64,000 bases of DNA, taken from Takakia lepidozioides (lineage: Eukaryota > Plantae > Bryophyta). A program made the translations under genes and the position numbers. The notes beneath the pieces were generated by a model, which was given only the letters and a program-made list of their open reading frames with translations, was not told where the DNA came from and ran no database searches. Positions 60,620-64,000 of the stretch are shown here, in pieces. Each line of letters opens with the position of its first letter. Position 1 is the first letter of the stretch. The stretch is from contig CM060732.1 in the NCBI GenBank assembly GCA_030704615.1, forward strand, positions 30,938,001 to 31,002,000. The letters run 5' to 3'.

Positions 60620-62762
60620 AGTGGAAGCCCTCACCTGTGCCCGTCCCAAAAACAACCACAACGCATTGTGAGTTAGTGAGGATGCACGAGGTGAGTAGCA
60701 GGCTTCCACACTTGCTATCGAGGTCAAATACACTTCAATCTAAGCGCAGAGAATGCCAAAGAAAGCAGGGAAGCAAAACAAACAGAAAAAAAAACCTTTT
60801 TTACTGTTTGGGGGAGAGTCGTCATCTCTCCACAAGCCTAACCGTGCAGGGAGGACTCCGCCAGCACCACAACACTGCTACCTTAACCAAAGCAAAGTCT
60901 TGCCAAGCACAAGAAAAAAAAACTTGTTCTCAAAAGGTAGGGTTTATAAAGGGAGGGAGAAAGACTTCCTTGTTCTACCAAGGCGCCGCCATTTATCAAA
61001 GATCCAGAGGAGGGCTCCTAGGGAAACGTCATAAGCATGCAGGTGGTACCTCCGCCATCACTGCCGCGGTTCCCTTGTGCAGCAAAAAAACACACAACAG
61101 AGACAGTGAATCTTCCCTCATCTATAAGCCATCGCCATCGCCTTAAAGAGCCCGCCTAGGCGGCGCTCACAGGAGCCATGAAACACTCAAGGATTGGCAG
61201 CTCAAGGTATCTGCAGCACGAGCACCATCACTCCTCCCAAGCCGCCATCGCGCGCGCTCTCGCAGCGCAAAAAAAAAGACATTAGGGTTGCGCAGGGTTT
61301 TCCCCTGTCTGGCCCGTCATTCATCATTCTCAGGATGAAAAACATCCACGAGCCTGTACGTCCAACGGACGTTGTCCGTTTCTCATTCGCGGAAGATGAA
61401 AGACATCGTGCGTTCATCCTGTCTTGCACTCAACGGATGGAGTCCGTATTTCATCTAGGTTAGATGAAAAACATCGGGGGTTTATAACTGTCTTGCCCCG
61501 TATTTAGGTCCTGTCAGATGAAGTCCTTTTTTCATCCAGGTTGGATTGAAGAAGTAGAAACTGACGGGAGTTTTGCAACTCTTAGGTGTTTAGTGAAGAA
61601 ATATTTCACTAGGGAAAAAAATGTATTTTGGATGAAAAACATCCAAAATTCCCTGCAACCCAATTTTTCAATTTTTTTCAATTTCCTCAAAGATGGAAGT
61701 CGGGACAACAATTCCATAAGCCCAGTTTCCAGAGGGAGAGAGAGGGACTGTTGAGGGGGGGGCAGCTGCTCCAGTCACTTCCCCACCCCCCCACCGTTTT
61801 TTGTTTTTTTTTCCCCCTCAACAGTCCCTCTCTCTCCATATCCTGATGGGTGAGAGGGAAGATATACATGTCATGTCAAGACATGGACAAGACTGCTAAG
61901 GTCATTGTCATTGAAAGACAAAACAGCCCTTTACAGGGCACCATCTAACATTCTCTTTCATGTTTACAATCTCATTTGAATACCCAATTACATTTCAGGG
62001 TCTCTGAAAAAAACAGGGCGGGAGGGTGGGATTCCAGGTCAATCATATCATGAAAGCACCAAAGTACACATCATCGTCTCAAGAATCCATTATAAACTCA
62101 TTTCAAAAACCAGATTGCAGGTTTGGTTTGAAGATGATGTTTTAGAACCAAGATATAAGCAAGATTCTTAAAAAGGAAGAAGAAACATCAGTGTAGAGCC
62201 CCCTTAAGCATGTATAGGCCTAAAATGGTATTTTAAGGCCACATAAGGTAGTTCTGCCAAGGTGAAAGAGCAGCAGCTCAGAAACCCCAGTTTGTTATCA
62301 AGCCATGAAACCAAAATGATATGAGGGCCTTGAAGAATGTGTGTTATCTATCAAAGCCTATCCTTTTGATCCATCAGGTCATACCAAGAGTTCTCATTTG
62401 CCAAGTATCAAGGCAGTCATAGTAATAACTGCTTTTTGTATCCTTGTATCCTTCATAGCTAAACTCCTACACATGCAAATGTGGTTGTAAAAAACCATAA
62501 ACAGGGGTAAGGAGAGAAACAGATCCTCATTGGAGCAATCTTGGCGCAGGTCTGAAGTGGCATGGTGGTAGTTCGAAACAGCAGATGCATCAGCAGCTTA
62601 GGCAGCGGCAGTATCCACACTTGCAAGAACGGGAACTGCAAGCTTCAAGAAATCAAGACAAGTGAAGACCCTCACCTGTGCCCGTCCCAAAAACCACCAC
62701 ATAGCGATGTGTGTTAGTGAGGATGCAGCAGGTAAGTGGCAGGTCTTCACAGTTGCTATCCA
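60620..62762. repeat. Dispersed ~100-nt duplication (60620-60720 and 62663-62762)
   Basis: ccctcacctgtgcccgtcccaaaa...gttagtgaggatgca...ttgctatc occurs twice. Confidence 0.75.
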
Positions 62763-63990
62763 TGTCAGTGTTGAATTCTAAAGCAAGTACAGATCACAGT
62801 TCAAGCAATGGTAAACTAAAAAAAAACCTTGAGTGTTTGTGGTATGCCTTGCGCCATGGCTTCCAACAGATTGTCTCCAACAGAACGCAGTCAGAGTAGA
62901 AGCGTTCACAGCTAGAGAGTGGCTCATACACAAAGAGAGAGCAACAAGTAATCTGTAGATAAATAGGGATAGAGTACTTCCCAACAAGGAGTAAAAGCGC
63001 CGTTGCAAATAAAGAACCATGAGTTCCTGATCAGAGCAATCACGGCTTTGTCGTCTGCCATAGAAGAATCTGTTAACCACCTCTGCGTATCCAAGAGCCA
63101 GCAATCACGAGTACCATGTAGCAGCAGGGGAGCAGGTTTATACGGCGCATCATCAAAGTTCACTGAAGCACGATTTCAGTGCTTAAAGTGTGTCGGCCTG
63201 CTTAGGGCAAAACTGCCCGATTTTTCATCCAGGCTGGATGAAATATCACATTTTACCAAGATAGGCATTTTGTCACTGGATGACATCCCATAGAGATGTA
63301 TCTCTTAGGGTTATGGTATAGGTTTAGGTTTATAACTACCATCATTTATGATGGTAGTTTTATTATTCTCTTGGATTTTATAATAGGTAACCATTATTTA
63401 TGTAGATCATCCAGTTTAGATGAAAAAAATAGATGGTAACTCTAGCTTTCTGTATATTAAGTTTCATCATCCAATAATAAAATCATCCAGATTTGGATGA
63501 AAAAATTAGGGATGAAAAACTAAATAACCTCAAAAGTATAAGGCCAGATGCAATCCAAAGATTTATAGAGGGAGAGGGAGAGAGGGAGTGAGTGGGAGAG
63601 ATGAGGGAAGAAAAAATAAAAAGAAGGTTGGGGGGGGGGGGGGGGGGAGTGACTCAGCAGCTGCTGCTGCTCAGTCACTTCCCCCCCCAACCTTTTCGTT
63701 TTTGTGTTGTGGAATGGGGGGGGTGCTGAAAGCAGCTTGCTGCTGCTGGTCTTAGCCCCCCCCCGACCTTTCATTTTTTGGTTTTGGCAATGGTAGGGGG
63801 CGCTGAGAGCTGCTGCAGCAAGTACTTGCTGTTGCTGCTCTCAGTCATCCCCACCTTTTTTCTTTTCTTTTTGGAATGGTGGGGGGCTGACAGCAGCAGC
63901 AAGTGCTGGTGGCTCTCAGCACCCACCCCACCCCCCCCCTCTTTCATTTTTTTTCTTATCAGCAGAGAGAGAAAGGGGGAGACAAAGATA
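61310..63990. repeat. Clusters of short direct/inverted GGATGAAAA / TTTTCATCC motifs and G/C-run repeats, probably transposon internal or subterminal sequence
   Basis: Motifs cluster at 61310-61660 and 63215-63520; the cagctgct..cagtcacttcccc block is shared by 61760-61800 and 63655-63690. Confidence 0.5.
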
Positions 63991-64000
63991 TAGAGTCATA

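Overview
Nuclear genomic DNA from a land plant, most likely a non-seed plant (fern, lycophyte or bryophyte). This is inferred from the PLS-DYW PPR style, a half-tRNA-primed Copia and Crinkler-like relics. Genes are spliced, so the ORF track hides most structure; the exon models below were read by hand and have no transcript support. Contents from left to right: (1) a + strand PLS-PPR-E-DYW gene carrying two N-terminal OSB-type 'PDF' motifs and one in-frame TGA just after the PG box; (2) a ~26 kb minus-strand gene made of signal peptide, LRRNT and ~4 LRRs, then about 27 duplicated symmetric (phase 2-2) microexons of mostly 51 nt encoding variants of NLTPITTNWTFPPLPPL, then one 2451-nt Pro-rich exon and a second LRR block; its introns are packed with truncated LINEs and one tRNA-bearing TRIM; (3) a second PDF-PPR gene with three PDF motifs and a decayed DYW; (4) an ABCB fragment; (5) a GT29/GALT29A-like gene; (6) a molybdenum-cofactor-sulfurase-like PLP-fold gene lacking its catalytic residues; (7) Crinkler-like relics and a degenerate Copia interrupted by a CACTA transposon. 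The strongest novelty candidates are the microexon-array LRR gene and the PDF-PPR(-DYW) fusions.
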